NCBI RefSeq assembly: GCF_006345805.1
Contig: NC_043021.1
Coordinates: forward strand, 15,872,001 to 15,936,000
Reading direction: 5' to 3'
Length of the DNA stretch: 64,000 bases
From: Octopus sinensis
Taxonomy: Eukaryota
The position numbers and the translations under genes are program-made. Below, in pieces: positions 1 to 12,789 of this stretch (within the stretch, counting starts at the first letter, position 1; each line of letters begins with the position of its first letter). The notes below the pieces were generated by a model. That model saw only the letters and a list, made by a program, of their open reading frames with translations, was not told the origin of the DNA and did no database searches.

Positions 1-252
1 TAAGCACTAGGCTTACAAAGAATAAGTCCTGGGGTCAATTTGCTCGACTAAAGGCAGTGCTCCAGCATGGCCACAGTCACATGACTGAAACAAATAAAAG
101 AGCAACAGAAGCAGAATTAATACCCTTTCATTACCATATTTCTTTAGAAATACATTACCTTTGTTCCAATTCATTTTGAAAAACTGAAGAATTTAGTAAA
201 ATAACTTTATCGATATCAAACTAGTATTTTGACAAAACATTTTTAATCTGGA

Positions 253-599
253 CTAGCACGATGACCCGGCAACGCCGTGTCATAGTGCTAGTGCATGCAT
301 GCACACATACATGCGAGTACTGTCCAAATCTCTGACCAATCACATACAGTTAGCTGGCATTCAATTGGCGTATCAAGTTTTGGGCATTTTGACTGGGTTT
401 TGGATAGAAATTCACAAAAAAGTCACTTCTATTGATTTTTTAATGGCTTTGCAGGGTGACTGGGGAAATGTAAAGATGTGCACGACCACCCTTGAACGGT
501 TTTGAATGACCATAGAAAGTGTGAGCCCTCTAACTGAAAAATTGTGGATTTGTATAAAGGACACACACACAGACATTTTGCCGTTTATATATATAGAGA
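253..599 (-). mobile_element. Non-autonomous Helitron
   Basis: On the minus strand it has 5'-TC at 599, 3'-CTAG at 253 preceded by a GC-rich hairpin, and an A|T insertion site. Confidence 0.7.
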
Positions 600-1213
600 T
601 AAAACAAGAAGTCTGTATCATAGAATCAAGGCAGTTTCAGGCAGGGTGCTATCAAAACAGTTAAGGTAACACCAGAGGTAAGAATAGAACCGTTTTCCTT
701 GATGACATGAGCTACATAGACATGTTAAGGTACAGAAAAAAAATTTTTTTTTAATGGCTTTCTGTCAGTTACTACAATGAGGGTTCCAGTTCATCTGATC
801 AATGGAACCACCTGCTCATGAGATTAACGTGCAAGTGGCTGAGTATACCACAGACATGTGTACCTATAACATAATTCTCAGGGAGATTCAGTGCAACAAT
901 GTGACAAAGTTGGCCCTTTTGAATTACAGGTACAATTCATTTTTGCGAGCTGAGTGGACTGGAGCAGCATGAATCATTAAAGTGTCTTGCTCAAGGAAAT
1001 GATGCGCCACCAGGAATTGAACTCATTACCTTGTGATTATGAGCTGAATACCCTAACCAAAAACCCACATGTCTTCACTATACAGAACTACACACTGCAA
1101 AGCATACACTCTCTCTCTCTCTCTCTTTCTTTCTGCCGTCTTTACAACAATGATGTCAACAATACATGACTAATATAAATACGATCAACCCAGGTTTCAT
1201 TTCAAAGACATAC

Positions 1214-1375
1214 CTTTGTCCATCGGCACAGTTTCACACCTGAATGTGTCCCAATTAAACTGTAGCCCTGCTTCTCTAAGGATTTCTTGAAAATCTCTGT
1301 AATCATTGGTTTAGGTTCCTCGTTCTTGGTCTGTTTATTTGTTGAAACAATGTAGCCGTTAATCTCTGGCTTTGT
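1214..1375 (-). CDS. TYW1: TYW1 coding exon 8 (start of radical-SAM domain); gene continues beyond window start
   Basis: TKPEINGYIVSTNKQTKNEEPKPMITEIFKKSLEKQGYSLIGTHSGVKLCRWTK contains the diagnostic KQGYxLIGxHSGVKLCRWTK motif. cag acceptor, gtatgt donor, 162 nt. The next expected exon (SMLRGRGGCYKH...) was not found in 1-1213. Confidence 0.97.
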
Positions 1376-2573
1376 CTGTTGAAGAAAATACATAATATTA
1401 TTATAGATGTGTTCAAATGGCATGGCTGTGTGGTTAAAACATTCACTTCCCAACCATGTGGCTCTGGGTTCAGAATACAGTGTGGTGAGCTGGGAGAATC
1501 GTTAGCATGCCGGCCGAAATGCTTAGTGGTATTTCGTCTGCCGTTACATTCTGTTCAAATTCCGCCGAGGTCGACTTTGCCTTTCATCCTTTCGTGGTCG
1601 ATGAATTAAGTACCAGTTACGTACTGGGGTCGATGTAATTGACTTAATCGACTCGTCTGTCCTTGTTTGTCCCCTCTGTGTTTAGCCCCTTGTGGGTAAT
1701 AAAGAAATAGGTATTTCGTCTGCCGTTACATTCTGTGTTCAAATTCCGCCGAGGTCGACTTTGCCTTTCATCCTTTCGGGGGTCAATAAATTAAGTACCA
1801 GTTACGTACTGGGGTTGATGTAATCAACTTAATCCCTTTGTCTGTCCTTGTTTGTCCCCTCTATGTCCATCGGCACAGCTTTATTGTCCCTTGTGGGCAA
1901 TAAAGAAATAAGAATACAGTGTGGCAAACTGGGCAAGTGCTTTCTATTATGGCTCCACGCCAGCCAAAGCCTTATGATTGGATCTGGCTGACAGAAACTG
2001 AAAGAATTCCATCATACATATATATATATATAATTAAATAAGATTCAGGTAAAAAACCTTGTAGTATGTTAGGCAAAGTTTGTCGAAACAATTGTAGTGA
2101 TTTTAAATAAAAAAATGTTCATCCCATTTTCTATCATTTATCTCTGGCACGTAAAAAGCACCAACCGATCGTGGCCACTGCCAGCCTCCCCTGGCACGTA
2201 AAAAGCACCCACTACACTCACAGAGTGGTTGACGTTAGGAAGGGCATCCAGCTTTAGAAACACTGCCAGATCAGACTGGAGCCTGGTGCAGCCCCCTGGC
2301 TTCCCAGACCCTGGTCCAACCCGTTTAACGGACGTTAACCGATGATGATGATGACCTACCTATCTCTTTCTTTATATATATATATATAATCACCATCATT
2401 TAATGCCTGTCTTCATTTCTGGCATGGGTTGGACAATTTGACAGGATCCACCAAGCTGGAGCACTGTGTAAAGCACCAAAGTCTACTTCAGCACTTTGTC
2501 ATGTAGTGGGGTGTGTTTTACATGCTACCGCCATGGAAGCCAGTCTGGGAGCACTGGCATTGATCATGTGCCA

Positions 2574-2800
2574 CCAGCACGGGGAGCCAGTCAAGCAGGA
2601 CTAGCATCAACCCACACTCAAATGGTGCTTATTATGTATCACCAGCACGGGGAGCCAGTCAAGCAGGACTAGCATCAACCCACACTCAAATGGTGCTTAT
2701 TATGTATCACCAGCACGGGGAGCCAGTCAAGCAGGACTAGCATCAACCCACACTCAAATGGTGCTTATTATGTATCACCAGCACGGGTGCCAGTCAAGCA
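2574..2800. repeat. 68-bp minisatellite, just over 3 copies
   Basis: ggggagccagtcaagcagg recurs at 2581, 2649 and 2717. Confidence 0.95.
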
Positions 2801-2946
2801 GCACTGTCCACGACTACAATTTCGATTTCACTTGTAATCGTAGTCATGGCCAAAAAATGATGATGATGATGATGGACTTAAAGTCATAGCACCAACTACC
2901 TGTTCAGTCATTGTGCATTCTCACTCAGATGAATTAATTTGTATCG

Positions 2947-3374
2947 GGATCTTTTCGGTTTGAACGGCAGTTTTTTCTAGCGGTGTCATATGAAATTGTC
3001 ACTCATAATTATGACCCTAGTATCAATCTATTGCATTTCAATCTGTTTTAGGGTTGGGGTTAGGGGTGGGGGAAGGGTATCTTTTTTTCTTCAGAAATGT
3101 AAATAAACCCAATCTGTTTCTTAAACGAGGGACATATTCATACAGCACAGAATGTTTTCACCTCAATAAACGTCACTGATTGGTTGACGTTTGGTTGAAA
3201 TTGCAGAAATTGAAGAAAAAAAAACAACGAATATCTTACAAACTATAGAATTTTCTCAATAAAGCCAAGAGAAAAAGATGTTTTATAAACACATTCTACC
3301 AGTATACGAAGTTTAAAAGTGTTTAGTTACGTGGAAATTATTTTAAAAAACTGCCGTTCAAACCAAAAAGATCC
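2947..3374. mobile_element. MITE with GGATCTTTT..TTGAACGGCAG TIRs
   Basis: About 28-bp terminal inverted repeats. Homologous copy at 24703-25113. Confidence 0.8.
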
Positions 3375-3449
3375 TTGTATCGTTTGCAATCATCTATATC
3401 TTTACTCACAAACATTCATTTCCTTATGTGTCTCCAGACAAACACTTAC

Positions 3450-3593
3450 CTTGGTTTTCTTGACATGTTTCATGACTTTGCCGAGATCTTCAAGGTCAAC
3501 CAATCCGTTAGACTGAGTGACAGGTAACGACCCTGAGCTTTCTATGTTGTCTGCATCATCTTCCTCCTCTTCACTTGACGTCTCCATCAGTAC
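3450..3593 (-). CDS. TYW1: TYW1 coding exon 7 (acidic linker)
   Basis: VLMETSSEEEEDDADNIESSGSLPVTQSNGLVDLEDLGKVMKHVKKTK resembles TYW1 ESSSEEE...VDVEDLGKIMDHVKKEK. tag acceptor, gtaagt donor, 144 nt. Confidence 0.93.
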
Positions 3594-3994
3594 CTAATTA
3601 AAAAAAAATAATTAAAAAAAAACAATTTTTAAAAAATTGAATGCCTTGTGAGTGAATTGGGGAGATAGAAACTATGGAAGTCCCTCAAATTAAATGCTGC
3701 ACAGTCTTTAAAAAAAATAATAATAAGGACATTGGATTTCACATTATGTCATATCTGGAAACAAACTACAGATTGATCATAGCTAAAACACACCAGATCA
3801 TAATTCTACTCATTCAGATATTACCTAGGGCTAAACAAAAACAGCAACACATATAATCACAAGCCAACAAGGAAGTCTCTATGAGGTTGTTTGATATGCT
3901 AGAAATAGCAACCAATCTACCTCAAATCACAGATGGCTGTCTTTAAAAGAGAAAAAAAGAACACACTGAGTAATATAGTCCTAGATATGCTATA

Positions 3995-4492
3995 TCTATA
4001 TATATAAAACTGTAGTTGTGTGAGTGTCTGTCCCCTTCGATTTAGATTCCTAACTACTCCCACATTTTGCGGTGCAGTTTAACCAAATTCGGGTATCTTA
4101 TAGTCGTGATTCATATCGAGTATTAGCGTGCGTCTACGATGAGTCTACGATTTTAAAAATAATTTAACATCATTTTTTATTCCATTTTAATGCATAATTT
4201 TTCGTGTCGATGGCGGCGGAGTTGGCGTCCATGGTCACACCTGCACCTGTTTGCTTCCCCTTCTTCCCTCCCTCGTGAAGCTGTGGGGAAGGGAGTGTAA
4301 GGAAATCAACGTCGTAATGCGTTGTCAAGGAGACCAGCGTTCTTTTAGAACAACAACTTCATGGCTTGAAGACACCAAAACAGAAATGGCTAAGAAAGCC
4401 CGAATTGGCATCTATAAGGGAAGTAACTCTCTAAAAATGCTTAGATAGTTATTTCCCTTACAAACCCGAGCAACGCCGGGCGATACTGCTAG
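3995..4492 (+). mobile_element. Non-autonomous Helitron
   Basis: A|TCTATATATATAAAA start, subterminal cccg...cggg hairpin, CTAG|T end. Confidence 0.8.
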
Positions 4493-5278
4493 TCTAATAT
4501 AAAAAATATACAGGATGTCTTTGATCATCAGACTGCTCAACTAAAGCAGACCTGGGGTTAAACAAAGTATAATCGGATCAGCATTTGAAAACAATCACCT
4601 CCACTGGTTTTGTTTGTTGTTAATTTAGTGACATAACTAAAGTGTATTTTATTTATTACACACAGTTGTTTAGCCTCAGGTCAGCCCTAAATGGAGCCTA
4701 TGATCAAAGACGTTCCAACAGTGACCATCCTATCTTTTCAGACAATTTATCTCAGACTACATTACCTAATATGACTATTTTTTTTAGAGACAACACAGGT
4801 ATGAGTTGAGATTTGACTGCTATTTCTAGCAGGATGAGCAACTATAGTGGCTCCCTCAAGATTTTAACATAATACATACTTTTCACAGAGTCTTCATCTC
4901 TTGATGAAAGTTGAAGGGACACTGCTGTGGCAAATGACAGGATTTGGGCATTTTTAAACCAAGTAGACCCCTACATCTCTCCCTAGATCTAATCACGGTT
5001 GATTTCTTCCAGAGAGAGATGGGGGAGAGAAACAGAGAAAAGGGAAAGAAAGAGACAGGGAGAAAGGAAAGAGAGACAGAGAGAAAGAATCAACCTCAGT
5101 GAGATCAAAAGGCAAACCTGACCTCAGCAAGCAGAGAGCCAGTTATGAACATCCCAAGGCATTCAATCCCAACCTTCTAAGGCCTGGGCCAATTCACTGT
5201 CACAGCAGGGGTGAATGTAAAAGAGTAAGAATGTGAAAAGAAATAAAAAAAAAGCTAAAATGTCAAAATGTGACAAAC

Positions 5279-5436
5279 CTCTTGGTTTGAAGAATTGTTG
5301 TCTTTATCACAGCATTTCTTCTCACACGTCTCTTTACAACATTTATTGGATTCTACTGGCAGAGTGCCACCTTTCAGCACTGGAATACTCTTCTTCCAGA
5401 ACTTCTTATTCCAGGCATTGAAGTCTTCTGTCAGAC
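5279..5436 (-). CDS. TYW1: TYW1 coding exon 6
   Basis: (G)LTEDFNAWNKKFWKKSIPVLKGGTLPVESNKCCKETCEKKCCDKDNNSSNQE resembles TYW1 IEADFRAWK plus the Cys-containing linker. cag acceptor, gtttgt donor, 158 nt, phase 1-0. Confidence 0.9.
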
Positions 5437-6282
5437 CTGTAACCAACAACAACAACAAAAAGATTAAGACACCAGTTATAAACTGGATATGATTTATAAA
5501 CTCTGATTTATATTAATCGTTTAGAATTCAGATTTAAAACTTATCCTATTCACATTGTTTTGAATAATCACGTATTCTCTCATAGCTTGATTATATGATT
5601 ATATGATTGTAGAGTTTTAGAATGACATTGTAGGGTAGGTGTAAGAAGCCAGATCTGGTTGATTTGGACATTAACGCTTTTGTTACCATATTTCTGTTGA
5701 GATGCTCTGTGTTTCTTTGAATTGATTTTAAATAGAGCATAGAATTTAGTAAAATAACTCCGTTATCATTAAGCTAGTGTTAGGAACATAAATTGTGACT
5801 AAGGTTTGGTGGAAGATTTTAATTCAAAACTTTTGGAAACAAGACATTTGTACTACAGAGCCAGAGGTGGATTCAACTGGGTTGGTATCAAAAGGGTTAA
5901 ACAAATAGACATTTCGACTGGATATGGCTGGTTTAGATTCTGAAGGGTTAAAGTATAGGGAATGTGTGTGTGAGTCCATATATCTATACAAGCATGGTTG
6001 AGTGGTTAAGAGGTTTATTTCATGACCATGCAGTTCTAGGTTCAATCTTAGTGCACAGCAGCTCAGACAAACGTCTTCTACAATAAACTTGCCATGGGTT
6101 GATAAATGCCTAATGTGGAACAAGAAAAATGGAAATTGTGCAGAAGCCTTCTGTGTATAATTCATCATTCACTATATATCAATAAATATATAGATAACAA
6201 GTATATACACTATATATGTACAAGAACATATATATATATAATGCAGTAATCCCTTGACAATTGTGAGTAATTATTGTATGTA

Positions 6283-6349
<67 letters not shown>

Positions 6350-6720
6350 TGAAGAGGTGTACAGATTTTAAATATTAAGAAAAGAAGGTATTCTGGATTT
6401 GGAAAAAGAAAACTATTTATTTAGTGTTTTCATCCCTTTCAGGGAGGGATTCATCATGAATGTGCTTTATTTTTATATATAAAAATTTTAATATTATTTC
6501 ACTTAGGCATAATGATGCTAATAACCCGGCATTAGAGCTCAATATACATCTTGTGTGTGTGTATATATATATATATAAAAACTTGGAGAAGAGAAAACAA
6601 CACGTGCATTCGGTCATATAATAACAATATAATAAATAAATAAAACATATGCATGTATATATACATGTAAGTATGTACATATATGTATGTATATATGCAT
6701 ATGTTTTATTTATATATATA

Positions 6721-6851
6721 CAGGGTGTCCCAAAAAAATGTATACACACCTTAAATAATTGTAAATTTGTTATTCTTTGTAAGCCTAGTACTTATTCTAT
6801 CGTTCTCTTTTGCTGAACCACTTTGTGTATACATTTTTTGGGGACACCCTG
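6721..6851. mobile_element. Tc1/mariner-type MITE (duplicated at 7708-7838)
   Basis: TA|CAGGGTGTCCCAAAAAAATGTATACAC ... GTGTATACATTTTTTGGGGACACCCTG|TA. Confidence 0.8.
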
Positions 6852-7109
6852 TATATATATATATATATATATAGGGAGAGTTTACGAAAAAAACAAAAGA
6901 CGAAGACAGGTGGTGTACAAAACAAACAGATGTATTAGTATAATGCTCAGGAATAGAATATATATATATATATATATATGAATGTATACACATACACGGG
7001 TGTGTGCATGTGTGTATAATATAGGGTTTCTGTTAGAGAACTCATCAAGACCAGTCAACATTATGGGGACAAAAACAGTGTCAGAAAAGAAAGATAAAAC
7101 TCAACTCAC

Positions 7110-7209
7110 CCCCATGTGAACTCTGTGTAGTGTCCTCATCTCCAATACCCACTGGCAGGATTCGGTTAGCTTCCAACTGGTGAAGCCAAGCGTCAATGTT
7201 TTTGCCAAC
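7110..7209 (-). CDS. TYW1: TYW1 coding exon 5, copy B (identical duplicate)
   Basis: Same sequence and splice sites as 8099-8198, offset 989 nt. Only one copy can be used in frame. Confidence 0.85.
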
Positions 7210-7275
7210 CTAATAAAAAGTAAATTAATAACATGTACACACGTGTGTATGTGTGTGAGTGAATGTATATGTATG

Positions 7276-7316
<41 letters not shown>

Positions 7317-8098
7317 ATATATATATATATATAGTTTGAAGAGGTGTACAGATTTTAAATATTAAGAAAAGAAGGTATTCTGGATTTGGAAAAAGAAAAC
7401 TATTTATTTAGTGTTTTCATCCCTTTCAGGGAGGGATTCATCATGAATGTGCTTTATTTTTATATATAAAAATTTTAATATTATTTCACTTAGGCATAAT
7501 GATGCTAATAACCCGGCATTAGAGCTCAATATACATCTTGTGTGTGTGTATATATATATATATAAAAACTTGGAGAAGAGAAAACAACACGTGCATTCGG
7601 TCATATAATAGCAATATAATAAATAAATAAAACATATGCATGTATATATACATGTAAGTATGTACATATATGTATGTATATATGCATATGTTTTATTTAT
7701 ATATATACAGGGTGTCCCAAAAAAATGTATACACACCTAAATAATTGTAAATTTGTTATTCTTTGTAAGCCTAGTACTTATTCTATCGTTCTCTTTTGCT
7801 GAACCACTTTGTGTATACATTTTTTTGGGGACACCCTGTATATATATATATATATATATAGGGAGAGTTTACGAAAAAAACAAAAGACGAAGACAGGTGG
7901 TGTACAAAACAAACAGATGTATTAGTATAATGCTCAGGAATAGAATATATATATATATATATATATATGAATGTATACACATACACGGGTGTGTGCATGT
8001 GTGTATAATATAGGGTTTCTGTTAGAGAACTCATCAAGACCAGTCAACATTATGGGGACAAAAACAGTGTCAGAAAAGAAAGATAAAACTCAACTCAC

Positions 8099-8198
8099 CC
8101 CCATGTGAACTCTGTGTAGTGTCCTCATCTCCAATACCCACTGGCAGGATTCGGTTAGCTTCCAACTGGTGAAGCCAAGCGTCAATGTTTTTGCCAAC
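8099..8198 (-). CDS. TYW1: TYW1 coding exon 5, copy A (duplicated exon)
   Basis: VGKNIDAWLHQLEANRILPVGIGDEDTTQSSHG(G) resembles TYW1 VGKNVDKWL...GEGD. tag acceptor, gtgagt donor, 100 nt, phase 0-1. Confidence 0.85.
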
Positions 8199-9198
8199 CT
8201 AATAAAAAGTAAATTAATAACATGTACACACGTGTGTATGTGTGTGAGTGAATGTATATGTATGTGTGTGTGTGTGTGTGTGCGTATCATCATCATCATT
8301 TAGCGTCTGCTTTCCATTCTAGCATGGGTTCGACGGTTCAACTGGGGTCTGGGAAGCCAGGAGGCTGCACCAGGCTCCAGTCTGATCTGGCAATGTTTCT
8401 ACAGCTGGATGCCCTTCCTAATGCCAACCACTCCGTGAGTGTAGTGGGTGCTTTTTACGTGCCACCGGCACAGGTGCCAGACGGGGCTGGCAAACGGCCG
8501 CAGTCGGATGGTGCTTTTTACGTGCCACGGGGCTGGCAACGGCCACGACCGGATGCACATGCATATGAAAACATATAAAATTTTAAAAAAACACATTTGG
8601 TCAGACAAAGAATTGAATTGATTGAACAATGTTCTAAATCCGGGTTTTGTTCCTGTTAACAGGGTTGGCTGGATCTACCTCAATGCCATAGCAACCGCCC
8701 TTACACCATCTCGCCCAGTTGTCGGCATCCTCCTTTCTCAAGCCAACCCTCCCAATCTCCTCCTCCACGTTTTCCTCGGTCTACCTCGCTTCCGCAGTCC
8801 CCTCTCTCTCTTTTGGAGAGGCACAAGCAACTACACGCACATATACACACACGGCAGTAACTTCCGCCTACCGAATTCAATCACAAAGCTTCGGTCGGCT
8901 CGGGGCTATAGCAGAAGACACCTACCCAAAGTGCCACGCAGTGGGACTGAACCCGAAACCATGCAGCTAGGAAGCAAGCTCCCTAACCACACAGCCATGC
9001 CCCTCAAACTCAAGCACCCTCCTCAGAACATGCTCCTCATCCCCCATGGAGAAAAGGCATTAGTTTCCATTTTGGATGAAAATACAAAAATATGTATATC
9101 TACACACTGACAGACAGACAGACAAAAAGACATTCACACGTTATAATCTGAAAAACAAATCAGGGAAAAATAAACAGCAGTCTGATCACAATACTCAC

Positions 9199-9393
9199 CA
9201 CAGAAAAATTTTCCTTGTACTCTGAGTTTCCATGGGAGAATACTGCATATATCATTCCTTCTAGGAAGTTCTTCTGAACACGGAAATCAACAGCTGTCTC
9301 CTTCAGCCATTTATAAAACCAGACAGCGTCATCTGGTGGGGAGCCTTGTACATAGGTGGAGATAATTATCACATAGATGCGGTCAGGAGATTT
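9199..9393 (-). CDS. TYW1: TYW1 coding exon 4
   Basis: KSPDRIYVIIISTYVQGSPPDDAVWFYKWLKETAVDFRVQKNFLEGMIYAVFSHGNSEYKENFSV resembles TYW1 WFCKWLEEASIDFRF...YAVFGLGNS. cag acceptor, gtgagt donor, 195 nt. Confidence 0.95.
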
Positions 9394-10859
9394 CTGTATA
9401 TTTGGAAAAAAATAGACACAGAATACAATAGAGATAACAGTGGAAGATTAAAATATACATGGCTTTATGTCTGGTTTGGCTGAAATAAGAAGTCTTCGAT
9501 TTACAGTCCCTAGATATTTGATTCCAAAACCAGCCCGGTTCGAGAAAGGTTGTGTGATTAAGAAGTCTGCTTTGTAACCTATGTGGTTTCAGGTTCAATC
9601 TCAGTGGGCAACACTTTGGCTTGGTGTTTTTACTACCGTAGCTGCAGAGTAGGCAATAGCTTGTGAAAAAATCTGGTAAACAGCAACTGCAGGAAGCCTG
9701 CTGTGTGTGTGTGTGTATAAAAACCTCCTTCAGTCATGAATGACCGTGGGATTGCACCTAGGAAGTTACCTTCCAAGGCATGAGTCCGGGCAAAGCTGTT
9801 TATGGAAGACCAGCAGTCCCCAGGCATACCAGTCTCCCGTCTCCATGACACCGATGTTATCGAAGGGAAAGGCAAAGACCAGTACAGTTTGGCACTGAGT
9901 GAACTGGAGCAACATGAAAATAAAGTGTCTTGCCCAAGAACACAACACACAACCCGGTCTGGGAATCGAACTCACTACCTCGTGATTGCAAGCCCAACAC
10001 TCTAACCACTGAGCCATGTGCCTTCATGGCAGACGTTAAACGATGATGATGATGAGATAAATGTATATTAAAGCAGAAATTACCATTAACTAAAGGAAAA
10101 GAACTCTAAGGGAAGAAAGTAAAAAAGGAAAAACACTCATAGAATTCGCGTATACACGCATGTATACATACACCTACGTACATGTGCCTATATGCATATG
10201 CTTAAGCATATGGATATATATTTCTTTACTGCCCACAAGGGGCTAAACACAGAGGGGGACAAACAAGGACAGACAAAGGGATTAAGTCGATTACATTGAT
10301 CCCAGTGCGTAACTGGTACTTTATTTATCGACCCCGAAAGGATGAAAGGCAAAGTCGACCTCGGTGGAATTTGAACTCAGAACATAGCGGCAGACGAAAT
10401 ACGGCTACGCATTTCACCCGGCGTGCTAACGTTTCTGCCAGCTCACCGCCTATGCATATAGGCACATGTACGTGGGTGTGCGTGTGCACATGTATGTACG
10501 TACATGCACGGATATGTAAATTCCATGAGCATTTTTACTTTCTCCCCTTCGAGTTTTTTCCCTCTATTTAACGGTCATTCTAATAGCTCTTTTGTCTTAA
10601 TAACAGTCATTTTCATAGCATTTTTTGATTGTCCTAATAACTGACAAGATGCTGGAGCAGTTTTCTGCCCCAACATCTGAAACTCAGAGTTTTATTATGG
10701 CAACCAAATAATTGTCACATATTATATCACAGATAGATTCCTCTATTTACATAATATCGAGGTCTCATTCATTCTTTTGTTGTCATACCATTACTATTAA
10801 TATATATATATTATATATATATATATATATTATATATATATATATATATTATATATATA

Positions 10860-11079
10860 TATATACACACACAACGGGCTTCTTTCAGTTTCTGTCTAAC
10901 AAATCAACTCACAAGGCTTTGGTCGGCCCGAGGCTATAGTAGACACTTGCCTAAGGTACCATGCAGTGGGACTGAACCTGGAACCATGTAGTTGGGAAAG
11001 CAAGCTTCTTACCACACAACCAATCATATATATAATATATGTGTATGTATATATGCATGTGTGTGTGTATGTATATGTA

Positions 11080-11139
<60 letters not shown>

Positions 11140-11410
11140 TACACACACAACGGGCTTCTTTCAGTTTCTGTCTAACAAATCAACTCACAAGGCTTTGGTC
11201 GGCCCGAGGCTATAGTAGACACTTGCCTAAGGTACCATGCAGTGGGACTGAACCTGGAACCATGTAGTGGGAAAGCAAGCTTCTTACCACACAACCAATC
11301 ATATATATAATATATATATATATATATAATATATGTGTATGTATATATGCATGTGTGTGTGTATGTATATGTATGTGTGTGTATATATATATATATATAT
11401 ACACACACAC
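10860..11410. repeat. About 276-bp tandem duplication (SINE fragment plus microsatellite)
   Basis: acaacgggcttctttc at 10871 and 11147. Confidence 0.9.
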
Positions 11411-11636
11411 ATATTGACGGCGACGGTAGTGTTTTATCGTGTGTCCTCTTGTCGTTTCTCTTCCTCTATATATATATGTCAGTTTGTTTACTTGTTTTAA
11501 ACGCCAGCTTAATAATGACAAAATTATTTTACTAAATTCTTTGTTACTTTAAAAACGTATTGCAACAAAGGCATAGTCTTTCGACAGAAATACGGTAACA
11601 AAAAGGGTTAAAATTGAAAAGAGCAGTCAAACTTAC

Positions 11637-11738
11637 AAAGTGTTTTATATGGTCCTCAGGATCATAGTCTTTGATATTCAACACTTCCACTTGAACACCC
11701 TGCTGCTCAGCATTTTGAGCAAGGCTTTCAGCCAAAAT
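11637..11738 (-). CDS. TYW1: TYW1 coding exon 3
   Basis: ILAESLAQNAEQQGVQVEVLNIKDYDPEDHIKHF resembles vertebrate TYW1 INLKEYDPDDHL. tag acceptor, gtaagt donor, 102 nt, phase 0-0. Confidence 0.92.
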
Positions 11739-12079
11739 CTACAGAGAATAACAATTGAACTTCTTAATAATATCATGAAAAATGTATTTTAAGAAAATTT
11801 AAATTAAATACATATATATACGCAAAAAAAGAGAAAAGTAAAAAGATATTGACAGAAATCTGAGCTAGATGCAAATTTTACATACCTTTCCAAAATAACA
11901 GTTATGATTGTAAAACAAAGAGTAGGCATGGCTGTATAGTAAGACGTTGGCTTCCCAACCACATGGTTCCAGGTTCAATCCCATTGCACTGCACCATGGG
12001 AAAATGTCTTCTACTATAACCTTAGGCTGACCAAAGCCTTATGAGTGGATACAGTAAATGGAAACTAGAAGAAGCCCAT

Positions 12080-12111
<32 letters not shown>

Positions 12112-12789
12112 TATATCATCATCATTTAATGTCTGCTTTCCATACTGGTAAGTTAGATGGTTTCAAATTTTGCCACAAGGGCAGCAATTTTGGGGGACAG
12201 CAGATAGTCGATTACATCAACCCCGAATGGATGAAAGACGGGGTCGATCTCAGCAGAATTTGAACTCAGAGCATAGTGACAGGTGAAATACCGCTAAGCA
12301 TTGTGTTAAGTGTGCTAACGATTCTGTCAACTCACCACTTTAACAATAACAACAGCAACAACAACAACAACAATCCTGTCTACTATAAGCACAAAGTCTG
12401 AAATTTGAGAGGGAGGGGTTAAGTCAATCACATTGACCCCAGTGCGTAACTGGTACTTATTTCATCGACCCTGAAAGGATGAAAGGCAAAGTCAACCTCG
12501 GTGGAACTTGAGTAATAATCATCATCATCATCATCATCGTTTAGCGTCCGCTTTCCATGCTAGCATGGGTTGGACGGTTCCAACTGGGGTCTGGGAAGCC
12601 AGAAGGCTGCACCAGGCTCCAGTCCGATATGGCAGTGTTTCTACAGCTGGATGCCCTTCCTAACGCCAACCACTCCGTGAATGCAGTGGGTGCTTTTTAC
12701 GTGCCACCGGCACAGGTGCCAGATGAGGCTGGCAAACGGCCACGATCGGATTGGTGCTTTTTAATAATGTAAGCTGCTTAATACATTAC

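Larger units (their letters stand above)
6285..8282. repeat. 989-bp tandem duplication containing TYW1 exon 5
   Basis: Near-identical units; junction lies in a (TG)n(TA)n tract. Confidence 0.95.

Noticed and set aside
2574-2800. CRISPR-like array appearance of short tandem units
   Set aside because: The units are identical with no unique spacers, the context is eukaryotic, and there are no cas genes.
6428-6457. Hammerhead-like AUGAUGA-AUCCCU/AGGGAU-GAAA (minus; duplicated near 7415-7444)
   Set aside because: C3 is mutated and there is no matching stem I or UH, so it is treated as a decayed remnant only.
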